The position numbers and the translations under genes were made by a program. From a virus (Duplodnaviria; Caudoviricetes): a stretch of DNA of 44,445 bases. Location of the stretch: positions 1 through 44,445 of IMG/VR virus record IMGVR_UViG_3300017747_002536. The stretch is one strand, 5' to 3'. This document shows, one piece after another, positions 33,196-43,342 of this stretch (its first letter is position 1; every line of letters starts with the position of its first letter). The notes under the pieces were generated by a model. The model ran no database searches. It saw only the letters and a program-made list of their open reading frames with translations, and was not told the DNA's origin.

Positions 33196-35810
33196 GCGCT
33201 TGCGCCCCATCCGGCGAAACCGTCTATATCTACCGTCATCGCCCGAAGTGCGAACGGACCTGAAAGCGTGCCTGTCACCCGGAGATAAACCGCCGCGCCA
33301 TGCACCTTCACCGGGCCGCCTGTGGCGGCGTTGGTATCCACCTTCCAAGCAAGGGCCGTGCTAACGTCTATGTTGATCGTCCCCGTGTCCTCTACCGTCG
33401 CGTCTACGGCGGGAGTAAGGGGGAACCGTTGCGTTGTGATGGTCTCGCTTGCTTTGTCGGTGCAAATGACCGAAACCTCACCGAGCCCCACGTTGCCTTT
33501 AAGGTTCTGAGCGGTGAAGTACGGAGTTTCAAGAATCCAAGCGATTTGCGAACCGTCGTCTGTCGTGACGGTTGCATCCTCTGCCTTCCAGAGTGTTCCG
33601 TTGCTTGCGAAGTAGACAAGGTACGTTTCGTCCCCGGTGCTATGCCACGTAAGATACTGGCAAGGCCCCTTTGCGGCGGTGAATGTGTCCTGCGCTTCCC
33701 ACTCGCCCCACTTAGGCGCGTAGACCTCGCTTACTAGGTTATCAGTCTGCCCGGTCGCAGAATGGGCGAAGAACACCCTATCACGGTGGAACGCACTAGA
33801 GACGTAGGCAATTCTGGCCGCTGGTATGGCGTCCATGTCCTCGTCTATCTTGTAGCGCGTGATGCTGCCCTGCGAAGTCGTGATGCTTCGGTACTGGTCT
33901 AGCCAGATAAACTCGCCGTTGATCTCGCACACACTCCAAGGCGAAAGCGAACCGCGCCCGGAGATCCTGCGAACCTGCAACCCATCTATGACCCAAAGGC
34001 TCTTACTAGTCCAAACGTAAACCGGATTCGTGCCGATGCCTGAGCCGATAGCCGACTTAACCGCCGCCACTCTGCCGTCTAGCCGCGCCTCGAATCCTTT
34101 GAGCCCATCGTCAAGACTGCCGTCAAGAACCGTGATTCTGCGGAACCTGTACGGTGAATCTTCATCGCTCACCATCACCGCGTTGGTAGATGCCCCGCTT
34201 GTGGGAACACCTGCCGTTGCGATATACAGACGGCGGTTGGTGTACGTCATCATCCCGCCGATGGGAACAGGCTCGTTGTATTCGTCAGGGAGCGTCTTGA
34301 ATGGGTCAAGCGCGTAATGGTCTGCCGTATCGGTGATGACCCGCTTCTGTCCCCAACTCGAAGTACCTGAAAATATCGTGTTCTTGGTCTCCCAGTTAGG
34401 AGCGGAGTAGGCGACAATCTCGGTCGCGCTGGCTAGGTAATACTGAGTCGAGCCGGGGTCGCGCCGGAAGACGTTCCAGTAATTGACTCCCCGCCCGCCA
34501 TCGGTAGAACTTGGCGCGATGATAGGCACTTGAACGCTGTAAAACACCCGCTCATCTAGCGGTAATTCGTAGGACTGAACGTCCACACTTGAGCCTGTGC
34601 GAGTCGCGTACTGCTTACCCCGCATCGGAGGCAAGATAACGCCCGGACTCTCTACCCGGCTCCCTGTGTACCCGCTGAATGGGCTTCCCCCGTTCTCATA
34701 GGCCACCCCGTACTGAGCGTTGCCCGGAACTACGCCGCCTACCCCGATCTGGAATATCTTAAGTGAGGAACTTGTGCCACCTGTGGGCGTGAACGTGGAC
34801 AGAACGGTGAAGCGTAAGCCCCGTAACTCTGAGCCAATCGTGGCGGCAAGGTCTTCTATCGGGATAGCGACCAGTTCGGTCCTGCCGTTGCGCTCTTGGT
34901 CAAGTTTGACCGGAACCCTAACAATCTCGTTTCGTGTCCCTTCGGGGTTGTAAACCTCTACATAACTCGGACCCGCGCCGTAGACCGCTTCCACCTTCAT
35001 GCGCGTCCACCATGCTTCCTCGTTGCCGTTATATTGGCAGACCATAAGAAGCTGCTTCGCGCCCGATACGCTGATGTCAAGCGTCGTATCGTTGTAGATA
35101 AACCCGGTGTCGTTCGCGGTCGCCGTCGTGTCAAGCACGAAAAGCCAGAACTCTGCGCTGGTCGTGCCTGCCGCTACGCTAGAGAAGGTCGTGCCTGTCT
35201 CGCCTACGGTCGTGGCCGTCCCGCCTCCGGGGTTGATAACGGTAAGTTCTGAGCCGAACCCTGCAATCGGCTCATACTGGCTTGCGGCGGGGAAGGTAAT
35301 GGCCTCGCACCGCGCCACGATGTTAGATGTGGCGGTTGGGGTTGAGAGGTCTATCCGAAGTGCCGCACCGCGTCCACCGCTTGCGATCACGCTTGTTAGC
35401 CCGTTCGCGTCCTCTATCTGCTCAAAGTGTACGTGAGTACCGCTGGTGAGCCGCGTATCCCCGAACTTGCCAGATGCGGCGGTGATCTCGGTCCAAGCCT
35501 GCCACGTGACGTTGAGATGGGATTTGTATATCCGAATCTCGCTAGATTCTTCCATCGCCACGAGTGCAACATTGGTCTGGGAGAATGACCCGCCGTATCC
35601 CGGGCAAACGCCGATCCACCCGCCTCTGAATGTCCCTGCGCTTGGTGCGGTGCCTTGAAGTGCGACCGTACCGGGACGAAGGTAAACCGTGCCATCATCC
35701 TGCCGCAAGTTCTCTAGCTGACGCCAGAATGGTTCCGGTTGGATACGGTCTTGGAATGACCTTCTGCCGCGCAGTTGTGCGCCGGGACCGATTAGTGGGA
35801 AGTTGGGCAT
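33192..35810 (-). CDS. tail nozzle / tubular protein (P22 gp10/T7 gp12-like)
   Basis: 872 aa beta-propeller-like protein, LENLR...LRPG N-terminus, follows the adaptor. Confidence 0.65.
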   Translation of the reverse strand: MPNFPLIGPGAQLRGRRSFQDRIQPEPFWRQLENLRQDDGTVYLRPGTVALQGTAPSAGTFRGGWIGVCPGYGGSFSQTNVALVAMEESSEIRIYKSHLNVTWQAWTEITAASGKFGDTRLTSGTHVHFEQIEDANGLTSVIASGGRGAALRIDLSTPTATSNIVARCEAITFPAASQYEPIAGFGSELTVINPGGGTATTVGETGTTFSSVAAGTTSAEFWLFVLDTTATANDTGFIYNDTTLDISVSGAKQLLMVCQYNGNEEAWWTRMKVEAVYGAGPSYVEVYNPEGTRNEIVRVPVKLDQERNGRTELVAIPIEDLAATIGSELRGLRFTVLSTFTPTGGTSSSLKIFQIGVGGVVPGNAQYGVAYENGGSPFSGYTGSRVESPGVILPPMRGKQYATRTGSSVDVQSYELPLDERVFYSVQVPIIAPSSTDGGRGVNYWNVFRRDPGSTQYYLASATEIVAYSAPNWETKNTIFSGTSSWGQKRVITDTADHYALDPFKTLPDEYNEPVPIGGMMTYTNRRLYIATAGVPTSGASTNAVMVSDEDSPYRFRRITVLDGSLDDGLKGFEARLDGRVAAVKSAIGSGIGTNPVYVWTSKSLWVIDGLQVRRISGRGSLSPWSVCEINGEFIWLDQYRSITTSQGSITRYKIDEDMDAIPAARIAYVSSAFHRDRVFFAHSATGQTDNLVSEVYAPKWGEWEAQDTFTAAKGPCQYLTWHSTGDETYLVYFASNGTLWKAEDATVTTDDGSQIAWILETPYFTAQNLKGNVGLGEVSVICTDKASETITTQRFPLTPAVDATVEDTGTINIDVSTALAWKVDTNAATGGPVKVHGAAVYLRVTGTLSGPFALRAMTVDIDGFAGWGASA

Positions 35811-35868
35811 GTGGGATAAGTGGGGTCTAGTTGGGCCTTACCGTGCGGAGCGACACGGCTTGGCCCAG

Positions 35869-36513
35869 CTAGACGCGCCGGGAGCCACCACGCGAATACT
35901 CGGACTTGCGGGTGGTGATAAATCTGGGGTTGCGACCGTCGATGAAGTTGGAGAGCATGGTGCGGGCAGCTTTGCGCTCTTCTAGGTAGACCCCCATCCG
36001 CTCATCCTTCATCTGCCGAGCGATGCGGTATCTGACGCCTGCTTCCCACGCCTCGAAGTTGTGAATCTGCGCGGGCATGGTGGTACCAACTACGAGAGTC
36101 ACCGACCGGGAAACCGACAGGCTAAGCCTTGGGTAAGTGCCACTAGTGGTGGAACTGGGTTTGGGGTGAAGCCCGATGAATCCGCGCTCAACGTAGAACT
36201 CAAGAGGAAGACCGTTCGGGTGGAATCGCCAGCCGCTTGCATCGTCGTCTAGCTTGTCTACGTGCGTGGCTATGAGCTGATGCCCGCTGGTTGCGCTGAG
36301 TTGGTAGTCAGCCGACCAGACCCGGCGAATGTCGGCGTCTAGCGCGTACTCGCGGGTACCTGCGGTAATGCTGATCGTCTCATCATCGCCGCCAAGGTCG
36401 AACAGGTAGGTGAGGTCATCGTGCTCACGCTGCAAGTGGGCAAGAACAACCGTATCCGAGATGCCGGGGAATTCTAGCTTGACCTGATCTATGATGTTCT
36501 GAGCGGTTGCCAT
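35869..36513 (-). CDS. head-tail adaptor
   Basis: MATAQNIIDQV...AGTREYAL...GLPLEFY...IGLHPKP pattern; synteny. Confidence 0.7.
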   Translation of the reverse strand: MATAQNIIDQVKLEFPGISDTVVLAHLQREHDDLTYLFDLGGDDETISITAGTREYALDADIRRVWSADYQLSATSGHQLIATHVDKLDDDASGWRFHPNGLPLEFYVERGFIGLHPKPSSTTSGTYPRLSLSVSRSVTLVVGTTMPAQIHNFEAWEAGVRYRIARQMKDERMGVYLEERKAARTMLSNFIDGRNPRFITTRKSEYSRGGSRRV

Positions 36514-36926
36514 TAAGTCTCGTACCTCACGTCCACCCAGCCGTTAGAGTTGGGGGCCACGTCACAATCTGCGTCCACCGGGGTATATGGCCCGCCAAGG
36601 TCGTAGTAGGCGATGAGCGGGGAAGTTGCCGCTACGCCTGTCGCCTCGTACAGAGCCGCGTACCGAACGCTCGTAGCCGCCAAACCCGTCCAAGATGCGC
36701 CGTCAGAAAAGAACTCGTCGCGGAATCCGTTTGCGTCCCGGTTGACCGCCACGTTGGTAAGCGTCACCCCGCCCGCTGTGTAGCCTGTGCCGCTAATCTC
36801 ATAGGCCGAGACGTCGTTGAAGAAGTCATGCGACCGAGACGGGACATAGGAGTTGCTCAGTAGGGCGAGTTTGAAGGTGCCTGACGTCCAATTGACGTTC
36901 CGATAAATGTAGTTGTAGGTAGGCAT
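36513..36926 (-). CDS. structural protein, GYTAGG family (paralog of 25462-25881)
   Basis: TAATG start MPTYNY; TFKLALLSNS...GTGYTAGG...RYAALYEA...LIAYYD. Confidence 0.65.
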   Translation of the reverse strand: MPTYNYIYRNVNWTSGTFKLALLSNSYVPSRSHDFFNDVSAYEISGTGYTAGGVTLTNVAVNRDANGFRDEFFSDGASWTGLAATSVRYAALYEATGVAATSPLIAYYDLGGPYTPVDADCDVAPNSNGWVDVRYET

Positions 36927-37699
36927 TATCGTCTTGGGGCGAAGGGTTGACCGAAGGGCTTGCCCCTCACGTAGACCACAAGGCGGGCGGGGAACCAGTA
37001 GCCAGTAGCGGAGCAAATCTTGCCGTTCTTAGCGTCCTGCCTGCTTGTAGCCCTGGCGTACATAAAGAGTTCCGCCGTGCTGGTCGTCTCGTCGTCTTGG
37101 AATGTCACAAGATGCTCAGAGGCGTGGAACTTGGCCGAGTAACTACCGGGCCTTGACTTGGCATCCGTCGTAGTCCTCGCAGGTTCCGCTAAGGTGATGC
37201 TAAAACCGCCCGTCGCCGCGCCGGCGTCTGGTACCGCGAGGTAGGCATAGTAAATTAGAATCTGGTCGCCGAACCCGCCGTAGTTGTAACCAAACGTTAG
37301 CCGCAGGTCAGAGTAATCGGTAATGGCGTCGGCCTCTGCGCCGATCAGGAGGAAACTCCCATCTGTCTCGGTGCCCGTTGGCTCAACCGTCGTACTGGCA
37401 ATGAGTGTTGCGCCGTCGTACAGGCTAACCGTTAAATCGTTGGGGGCCGCGTAGGGCGGGACCGTCGTGGTTTTGTACCGAAAGTAGACCGTGTGATCTG
37501 AACTACTCGCGGGGTCGGTGACCGTACCTAATGCGACTTCGCAATCGGTAACGCTTCCGCCTGCGGTGGCGAAGATGTACGTTGTGTCCGTTACTTCACT
37601 GCCCGGAGTGACAACGTCAGCAATCGCGCCGTGGAAACTTGCGCCCACGTGTCCCCACGTCGCGCTAATAACCGTAGACGTTGGGCGGGCGTATTGCAT
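36926..37699 (-). CDS. virion structural protein (putative)
   Basis: Thr-rich beta protein in the head/tail region. Confidence 0.55.
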   Translation of the reverse strand: MQYARPTSTVISATWGHVGASFHGAIADVVTPGSEVTDTTYIFATAGGSVTDCEVALGTVTDPASSSDHTVYFRYKTTTVPPYAAPNDLTVSLYDGATLIASTTVEPTGTETDGSFLLIGAEADAITDYSDLRLTFGYNYGGFGDQILIYYAYLAVPDAGAATGGFSITLAEPARTTTDAKSRPGSYSAKFHASEHLVTFQDDETTSTAELFMYARATSRQDAKNGKICSATGYWFPARLVVYVRGKPFGQPFAPRR

Positions 37700-37708
37700 G
37701 AGAGAGAG

Positions 37709-37745
37709 AAAAAGGGGGATGCCCCCGCCATCCTTGGCAGGGGAC
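37709..37745 (-). terminator. intrinsic terminator after the capsid genes
   Basis: GTCCCCTGCCA-AGGA-TGGCGGGGGC followed by a pyrimidine/T run on the minus strand. Confidence 0.6.
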
Positions 37746-37756
37746 TTTGCTACTTG

Positions 37757-38287
37757 TTAGACCCGGACACAAACGACTTTGAGAGTCGCGATCATCCCTT
37801 CTGCCGCGCCCGATGCTTCGGTCACGTTCAGGAAGGTGGAACTGGTCCAGAGTTGGGAGACTTCGCCATTGGTGCCAGCATCCTCGAAGTTGGTAAACAA
37901 CCCCGCCGCCGCGCCGGACATACCGTCAAAGAGCAGGTCACTAGAAGTAACCGCGTCAGCAGCAACGCCAATGTCGAAGGTACTCGCGCCCGTGGATTCG
38001 GTTGTGATCTGAAGGTAAGCCCCCAGAATCATCACCGAGTAGCCGAACGGGTTAGCCGTGGAGTTCTTAGCTGATGCCAGCGTGTCCCCAACGAGGGGGA
38101 TGCTGACGACTTGTACGCCATAGATCGGCTTGGTAGCCGCGTAGTCGTACTCAGCAACCGCCACCCCTCCCGCGACAATCTGAACCTTGTCAGCGGAAGG
38201 GTTGCGAATCCCCGTATTCTGGTCTTCAACGAACGCAATATCTGGCCGAGTTACGACCGAGTTCGGGTTTCTCGTTACGTTGGTCAT
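37757..38287 (-). CDS. head decoration/fibre protein (putative)
   Basis: Directly after the MCP; NTGIRNPSADKVQIVAGG fibre-type repeat. Confidence 0.5.
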   Translation of the reverse strand: MTNVTRNPNSVVTRPDIAFVEDQNTGIRNPSADKVQIVAGGVAVAEYDYAATKPIYGVQVVSIPLVGDTLASAKNSTANPFGYSVMILGAYLQITTESTGASTFDIGVAADAVTSSDLLFDGMSGAAAGLFTNFEDAGTNGEVSQLWTSSTFLNVTEASGAAEGMIATLKVVCVRV

Positions 38288-38293
38288 GAGGGG

Positions 38294-39190
38294 TTAGGCC
38301 CCCTCGTTGCAACGAAGCAAGATCGGGCTGGTCCAGAACGTCTTGAGCTGGTAGCCCATGACAAACGTTCGGTCGCCTTCGACGTTGACATCCGTGTTCA
38401 TGTAGCCCCGGTTGAACCAGAAGGTATTCAGCGGGTTGTCTTCCTTCGTCGCCGGAACCACGAACCAGGCATTCGTGTCATCAAGGTGAGGGCTAACCAT
38501 AACCGTGATGTCCATGCCAACGACGTTCTTAGCCCCGTTATCCGACTCAGGAGCCGTGAGAGACACCTTGAGCTTTTGCGCCTTGTAAGCAAGAGCAGGC
38601 GGAACAACCAGAATGAAGCCACCCATGTAGCCAAGGGGTTCACCCCGTGCGTCAAGTGCGGCACGTGCGTTCTGAATCGCCGTCTCAAGCGTTGCCTCAG
38701 ACAAGGCTGAAGCCGTCTCAAGGTTGCTGTACGTGTCAGAGCCCGTGAACCATACGTGATCGGCATCGCCTAGCGGGTCGCCGTCCGGTCCAAGGTAGGA
38801 GGTGTTGAAAGCCCGGTTGAATACGTCGAAGTGCAAGCCGTCGATAGACTTATACTTGGCGTAGGTCACCTGACGGACATTATCCTTCGCGGTGCCCATC
38901 GGGTTCTCCTTCTCGTGTTGCCACGAACTGCGCCACTTCTTAGACCAGTTTTCCGTTTGGATGGTCTGGCTGAAGTGTTGGAGCCGCGTGTCCTCGACCG
39001 AGTCTTCAAACTGGCCGCGAACGTTGAACGCGCCGAACGGGCCAAGTGCTTTCACAAGGTCGTATTCTCGGTCGATGTCAACTTCGTTGAAAAGGCGTCC
39101 GTAAGTCGTTCCGGCAACCTTGGCGGTTTCCGTATAGACCTTCTTGAGTTCTCGGGACTGAACGCCCAGAGTCATAGTACTAAATGGCAT
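38294..39190 (-). CDS. major capsid protein (HK97 fold, Mu gpT-like family)
   Basis: 298 aa; LVVPPAL, VSPHLDDTNAWFV, GPDGDPL; strong AAGGAGG RBS. Confidence 0.8.
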   Translation of the reverse strand: MPFSTMTLGVQSRELKKVYTETAKVAGTTYGRLFNEVDIDREYDLVKALGPFGAFNVRGQFEDSVEDTRLQHFSQTIQTENWSKKWRSSWQHEKENPMGTAKDNVRQVTYAKYKSIDGLHFDVFNRAFNTSYLGPDGDPLGDADHVWFTGSDTYSNLETASALSEATLETAIQNARAALDARGEPLGYMGGFILVVPPALAYKAQKLKVSLTAPESDNGAKNVVGMDITVMVSPHLDDTNAWFVVPATKEDNPLNTFWFNRGYMNTDVNVEGDRTFVMGYQLKTFWTSPILLRCNEGA

Positions 39191-39205
39191 TTCTCTAAGT
39201 CCTCC

Positions 39206-39694
39206 TTACTTGATCGGGTAGCGGCAAGAATCAAGGAGCGAAACCTTGAGCTTTCCGTACTGTGTGCCAACCGCTTGGCTAAGGTCGATCTGCTCGATTC
39301 GGCAGATGGGATTGGTCGTGTTGTCAATGGCAACTGCCCAACCTGCGGGGGTAGCCGAAGAGTTGGTGAGGCAGAACGTCGCGCCACGTTGAGTGGCGGC
39401 GGTGACTGCCGAGGCGTCCGTGCCATGCTCGACTGGCAGGAGGATTCGCGTATCGTCGTCAAAGACGGCGCATTGAATCATGTTCGCGGTCGTTCCGGTC
39501 GCATCTTCCAGAGGAATAACGATTCCCCGTTCGATTGCCGTACTAGCGAGGTCAGAGCCAGCCGCGATGGTCTGGTTGACCGTGCCGCTGGTGGTGATAG
39601 TGCAGATGTCTTGGAACGCCTTAAAGGACTGGGTTGCAGCCTCTGGGAATTCCATGACCCGGTAGTTGCCTTGGATTGTAATAATCGTAGCCAT
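39206..39694 (-). CDS. capsid cement/decoration protein (putative)
   Basis: Directly before the MCP; FPEAATQSFKA-type N-terminus. Confidence 0.55.
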   Translation of the reverse strand: MATIITIQGNYRVMEFPEAATQSFKAFQDICTITTSGTVNQTIAAGSDLASTAIERGIVIPLEDATGTTANMIQCAVFDDDTRILLPVEHGTDASAVTAATQRGATFCLTNSSATPAGWAVAIDNTTNPICRIEQIDLSQAVGTQYGKLKVSLLDSCRYPIK

Positions 39695-39747
39695 GTACGT
39701 GTCCTTTTTTGGGCGGCCCGCTCCTACCGAGTCCCAAACTGTGTGTG

Positions 39748-40164
39748 TTAGTCGTCGTCAGAGACAACTGATCGCGGGGCGCTCTTGGCCTTTGCGACCT
39801 CTTCCCCGATGGTCGGCCCGTCTGAGCCTGTAAAGCCAGCGCGCGCGCGGTGCTTGGCCTCTTGCTTCTGGTCAAGCAAGGACCGCATCTTGCGGTAATG
39901 CTCGATCTTGAGCCCCAGCACGACGGTATCCCTGCGACCGGAATACTCCGAACGCGCCAGAGGGTCCATGCCTTCCGTGAGGTGAACGTGGAACGTGTTG
40001 CGCCCCATGAAGTCCCGCATTTCCTGAAAGTCTTCTTCCCGGGTTAGCTGAACCAGGCAGAAGTGATAGCCAGGCCATTTCGCCTCGCACTTGAGTTGCC
40101 GGGATTTGTCTGCTTGCTGGTCGCCCGGTAAAACGTAATTCGATTCTTCGATTGTCTTAGCCAT
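39748..40164 (-). CDS. hypothetical head-module protein
   Basis: PGYHF...DTVVL; lies between scaffold and capsid genes. Confidence 0.6.
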   Translation of the reverse strand: MAKTIEESNYVLPGDQQADKSRQLKCEAKWPGYHFCLVQLTREEDFQEMRDFMGRNTFHVHLTEGMDPLARSEYSGRRDTVVLGLKIEHYRKMRSLLDQKQEAKHRARAGFTGSDGPTIGEEVAKAKSAPRSVVSDDD

Positions 40165-40167
40165 GTC

Positions 40168-40836
40168 TTAAGCTCCGTTCTTGAGGAAGTCGATCTTCTC
40201 CGCCTGAGTCCACTTGAGCCCCTCTTCCTTGAGAGTTGCCTCTAACTTGGCGAGGTCGCGGTGGTAAATCTCAGGGACACCCGCGAAAGACTCGGCGGGT
40301 TCGCCCGCCTGCCGCTGTTGGGCAAGTCTCGCGCTGTTGGCCTTCTCAAGCGCAAGTCCCGTCAGAATGCGGATATTCTCAGGGGTTGGCTGAATCACGC
40401 CGAACTGCTTCGACTGCTCTTCAATAATCCCCTTGAGGTACTGCTTGGCATCAGCAGGGAGGTTGCCGCCTACCTCGTTCTCTAGCGTCCGGTTCATCAC
40501 CGGGGCCATCTGCTGAGTGACCTGCTGGACACCTTGGTCTAGCATCCGCTGAACCTGTTGCATATTGTGGATTTGCTTCTTTTCAAGCCAGTCCACCTTG
40601 TCGTCGGGATGCAGGTCATCCCAGTCATCAGGCCGAGCAAACTCCGCTTCTGCGCCTTGCGTCTGTTTCGGCTGATTCGCGCTGATCTGGTCTAGCCGTC
40701 GCTGAATTGCAAGCGCGTCACGCGCCGCAAGTGCCTCAGCGTCATCGGCAAAGAAAGAAGCCCCGGCGGGTTGGGCCTGGGCTTGGGTGGTTTGCTCCGC
40801 CGCTTGTTCAGCGGTCTGTTCTATTTGTTCTTCCAT
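40168..40836 (-). CDS. capsid scaffolding protein (putative)
   Basis: Acidic Gln/Ala-rich helical protein after the portal. Confidence 0.65.
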   Translation of the reverse strand: MEEQIEQTAEQAAEQTTQAQAQPAGASFFADDAEALAARDALAIQRRLDQISANQPKQTQGAEAEFARPDDWDDLHPDDKVDWLEKKQIHNMQQVQRMLDQGVQQVTQQMAPVMNRTLENEVGGNLPADAKQYLKGIIEEQSKQFGVIQPTPENIRILTGLALEKANSARLAQQRQAGEPAESFAGVPEIYHRDLAKLEATLKEEGLKWTQAEKIDFLKNGA

Positions 40837-41054
40837 TCGTTACTCCGTGCGTTGTTAAAAATTGCCTTCGATAGAAACGCTCTGATCCATTCCGCCCGCC
40901 CCTGCAAGTGCGGGAGCCGGTCCGGTTGGCATCGCTCCATTTCCTGATGGGTCGAGTCCAGGCTGTGCCGCAGGTACGCCATAAGCTCCTGCCATGCCGG
41001 GTTGCCCTGAAGCCTGTCCCAATCCTGCGGTGAGGGCGGCGAGGGCTGGTTCAA
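40821..41054 (-). CDS. small helical protein overprinted on the portal C-terminus (start uncertain)
   Basis: DWDRLQGNPAWQELMAYL...LQGRAEWIRAFL resembles the small gene found between portal and scaffold in podoviruses. Confidence 0.5.
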   Translation of the reverse strand: MNQPSPPSPQDWDRLQGNPAWQELMAYLRHSLDSTHQEMERCQPDRLPHLQGRAEWIRAFLSKAIFNNARSNEWKNK

Positions 41055-42729
41055 CGAGCTCAGGTGGGACTCCAAGCTCAAGGAGGGCTCTGGCCGCGAC
41101 TTCAATCGGGTCCTCAGGGTCTTGCAAGCCTTCCGCATTCGTGAAGCCAGTTCGCTCAGCCAGTTGGAGCAGTCTCTTATACATCTCATGTATCTTTGCC
41201 TTAGCCTCGGGGAAGTTCTTAGCCGTCTCAAGGAGCATCATCGCGCTGTTCATCTGCGCCCCTGGATGCTGATTAGTGCTAGCAATGCTCAGTTCCCAGT
41301 CATAGGGAAGATTGAACACATCTCGCGGGACAGGCTGTCCATCTTCGTTGATCGCTGCGCCCAACACTTCGGCCCAGTCATCGTAATTCGCCTCTAAGCA
41401 CTCGCAAAGCCATTCAAAGAACTTGACCATGCCTTCACCGAAGCGTTTTGCATAGTCGTCTTTGCCCGCCGCTTGACCTGCCGCTTGGAACTGGGTTGCG
41501 GTTGCTGTCTGAGACGATGGAACGTCCCCGCCTGTGCCAACTTGCGACAGTCTGGCCACGTTATCCGCGTTCTGAACGAACGCCTGTAGCATCATCGGGA
41601 CCGCGCTTATGTCAACGCGTGGGAAGTGCGACTTAACAAGGTCTGCGCCGGGCCAAGATGCGATCTCACCGGGAGCAACGTGCCCATATTTCGGCTGTTG
41701 CTCTGTGCCGGGCCCGAAGTGGTAGCCAAGCGTGTTAGCCCGCACTCCGTCCATCGCAATGGTCACAAGCTGATTCACGTCTAGCTGATGGCTTTGGAGA
41801 TCCTGAGCAATGGAATTCGCAGGCCAGTAGCCATCTCTGCGTGAGATGGTCTTGAAGTTGAAGTCGAATACGTTGAATGTGCGCTTCCAAGGGTATTCAC
41901 GCACCCACAAGATAACGCCAGCTTCGGGCTCAATCGTTGCCCATAGCCGCTTCTTCTCCTTGCCTTCGTAGTGGTCGAAGATGATCGTGTAGAGGTCTAC
42001 AATCTCATCTTCTTTGTGGACTGCTTTCCCTTCAATGGGCTTGCCGCCCTCCCCGATCTCAACGTAGCCCGCTTCCCCGACTTCTTGGTTCTCGCCTGCC
42101 TCTATGTCGTCTTTCAGGTACTCGCCGGACTCTTGTAACGCCGTGATTTCCTCGCGTCTACGTTGGAATCGCCAGCCGAATAGCTTGGCATCCTGCAAAC
42201 TTGGGGCCTTGGGTGGATAAACCACCATATCCCACGGCTCAATCACCGTCAGCTTCACGCATGGGTAGCGGTATGTCTCCTTATCCTCTGCCTTGTACTC
42301 CGCTCTGATGAACGCACGTCCAAACTGAGCGCAGGCAAGGGCGGCATCCGCGAGGGCTAACCCGATATTCGCCCGCTTTGCAAAGAATTGGCAGGCAGAC
42401 TCGACAATCCTACTCGCTTCGGCATCCCCGTAGTTCTGGGCGAAGCAGTAAGGCTCTTGGCTAGTCAGCGGGGCAACAACGTGGGCGATAAGACCGTCGA
42501 TCTTGACCTGAACGAGGTTGAACGTGCTGCCTTTGCTCGTCTCCCCGTCGTCACCGAGTGCCGCGCCAACTGGCTCGTTCTGGTACATCGCCATTGCACG
42601 CGCCCAGCGGTCCTCTCGGGCAGACTGGCGTACTTCGATGCCTTCCAGCACCATTGCGCCGAGCTTCTTACCCATGTCCACCCGCACGTCATCGGGCCAG
42701 ATCGAAAGCTTTTCAGCAGACTCGCGCAT
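40855..42729 (-). CDS. portal protein (P22-like)
   Basis: 624 aa after the terminase; FNLVQ, IEPWDMVVYP, QTATA motif, low-complexity tail. Confidence 0.8.
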   Translation of the reverse strand: MRESAEKLSIWPDDVRVDMGKKLGAMVLEGIEVRQSAREDRWARAMAMYQNEPVGAALGDDGETSKGSTFNLVQVKIDGLIAHVVAPLTSQEPYCFAQNYGDAEASRIVESACQFFAKRANIGLALADAALACAQFGRAFIRAEYKAEDKETYRYPCVKLTVIEPWDMVVYPPKAPSLQDAKLFGWRFQRRREEITALQESGEYLKDDIEAGENQEVGEAGYVEIGEGGKPIEGKAVHKEDEIVDLYTIIFDHYEGKEKKRLWATIEPEAGVILWVREYPWKRTFNVFDFNFKTISRRDGYWPANSIAQDLQSHQLDVNQLVTIAMDGVRANTLGYHFGPGTEQQPKYGHVAPGEIASWPGADLVKSHFPRVDISAVPMMLQAFVQNADNVARLSQVGTGGDVPSSQTATATQFQAAGQAAGKDDYAKRFGEGMVKFFEWLCECLEANYDDWAEVLGAAINEDGQPVPRDVFNLPYDWELSIASTNQHPGAQMNSAMMLLETAKNFPEAKAKIHEMYKRLLQLAERTGFTNAEGLQDPEDPIEVAARALLELGVPPELVEPALAALTAGLGQASGQPGMAGAYGVPAAQPGLDPSGNGAMPTGPAPALAGAGGMDQSVSIEGNF

Positions 42730-43342
42730 AAATAAACTCTTCTAGGATCAGGCCCAGCCCATCCGGTAGATTCCGGCAGTCAATCGCTCCCTCGTGGACC
42801 ACGTACTTCTCGCCAACTACGATGTCTTCCGACCATCTACCAACCGCTTTGACCGTGAACACGGGGTCACGCCATGAAGCAGCTTCGGGAATGTAAATCT
42901 CGCCTAGCTTTTCGTGCTTCTCAGGCAGTTGGACTAAGACTTGGCGTCCGAGCGGGATGATCTCGCCATCCACCACCTTCGCCATAATCACTTCGTCTAG
43001 CGGGATGCGCTTAGGGTCAACGGCGGTATTACCTACCCACCAGCGGTCCATGACTTTGCCGCCAACTGCGCCATAGAAGACCGTCTCGTAGTCCTCATCG
43101 CCCCAGCCTTCGGTGCGCTTGCCCGCACGGTGCTTGACAATGACCTCATCGCCGGGGATTAGCCCGAGCTCCACGCCGCCAGAAAGTACGGTGGCTTTCT
43201 TGACCTTGAGCCGTTCGTAGTCAGGGAGGAGGATTAGCCCGTCTTGCGCCTCGGTCTCGATCTTGACGACGCAAGTACCGGGTTGGGCCTCAAACGTGAA
43301 TGAGTTTCCCTCGGGCGATTGGTGCTCTTGAACTTTCAGCAT
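42713..43342 (-). CDS. tandem GroES-like co-chaperonin
   Basis: Two Cpn10-like units: AQPGTCVVK..GLILLPD..ATVLSGG..PGDEVIV and IPLGRQVLV..GEIYIPE..VKAVG..VGEKYV..LEEFIYA. Confidence 0.7.
   Translation of the reverse strand: MLKVQEHQSPEGNSFTFEAQPGTCVVKIETEAQDGLILLPDYERLKVKKATVLSGGVELGLIPGDEVIVKHRAGKRTEGWGDEDYETVFYGAVGGKVMDRWWVGNTAVDPKRIPLDEVIMAKVVDGEIIPLGRQVLVQLPEKHEKLGEIYIPEAASWRDPVFTVKAVGRWSEDIVVGEKYVVHEGAIDCRNLPDGLGLILEEFIYARVC

Noticed and set aside
38831-39751. Long plus-strand ORFs opposite capsid, primase and ejection genes (e.g. 306 aa here, 241 aa at 5666-6391)
   Set aside because: Antisense shadows expected in GC-rich coding DNA; no motifs or RBS
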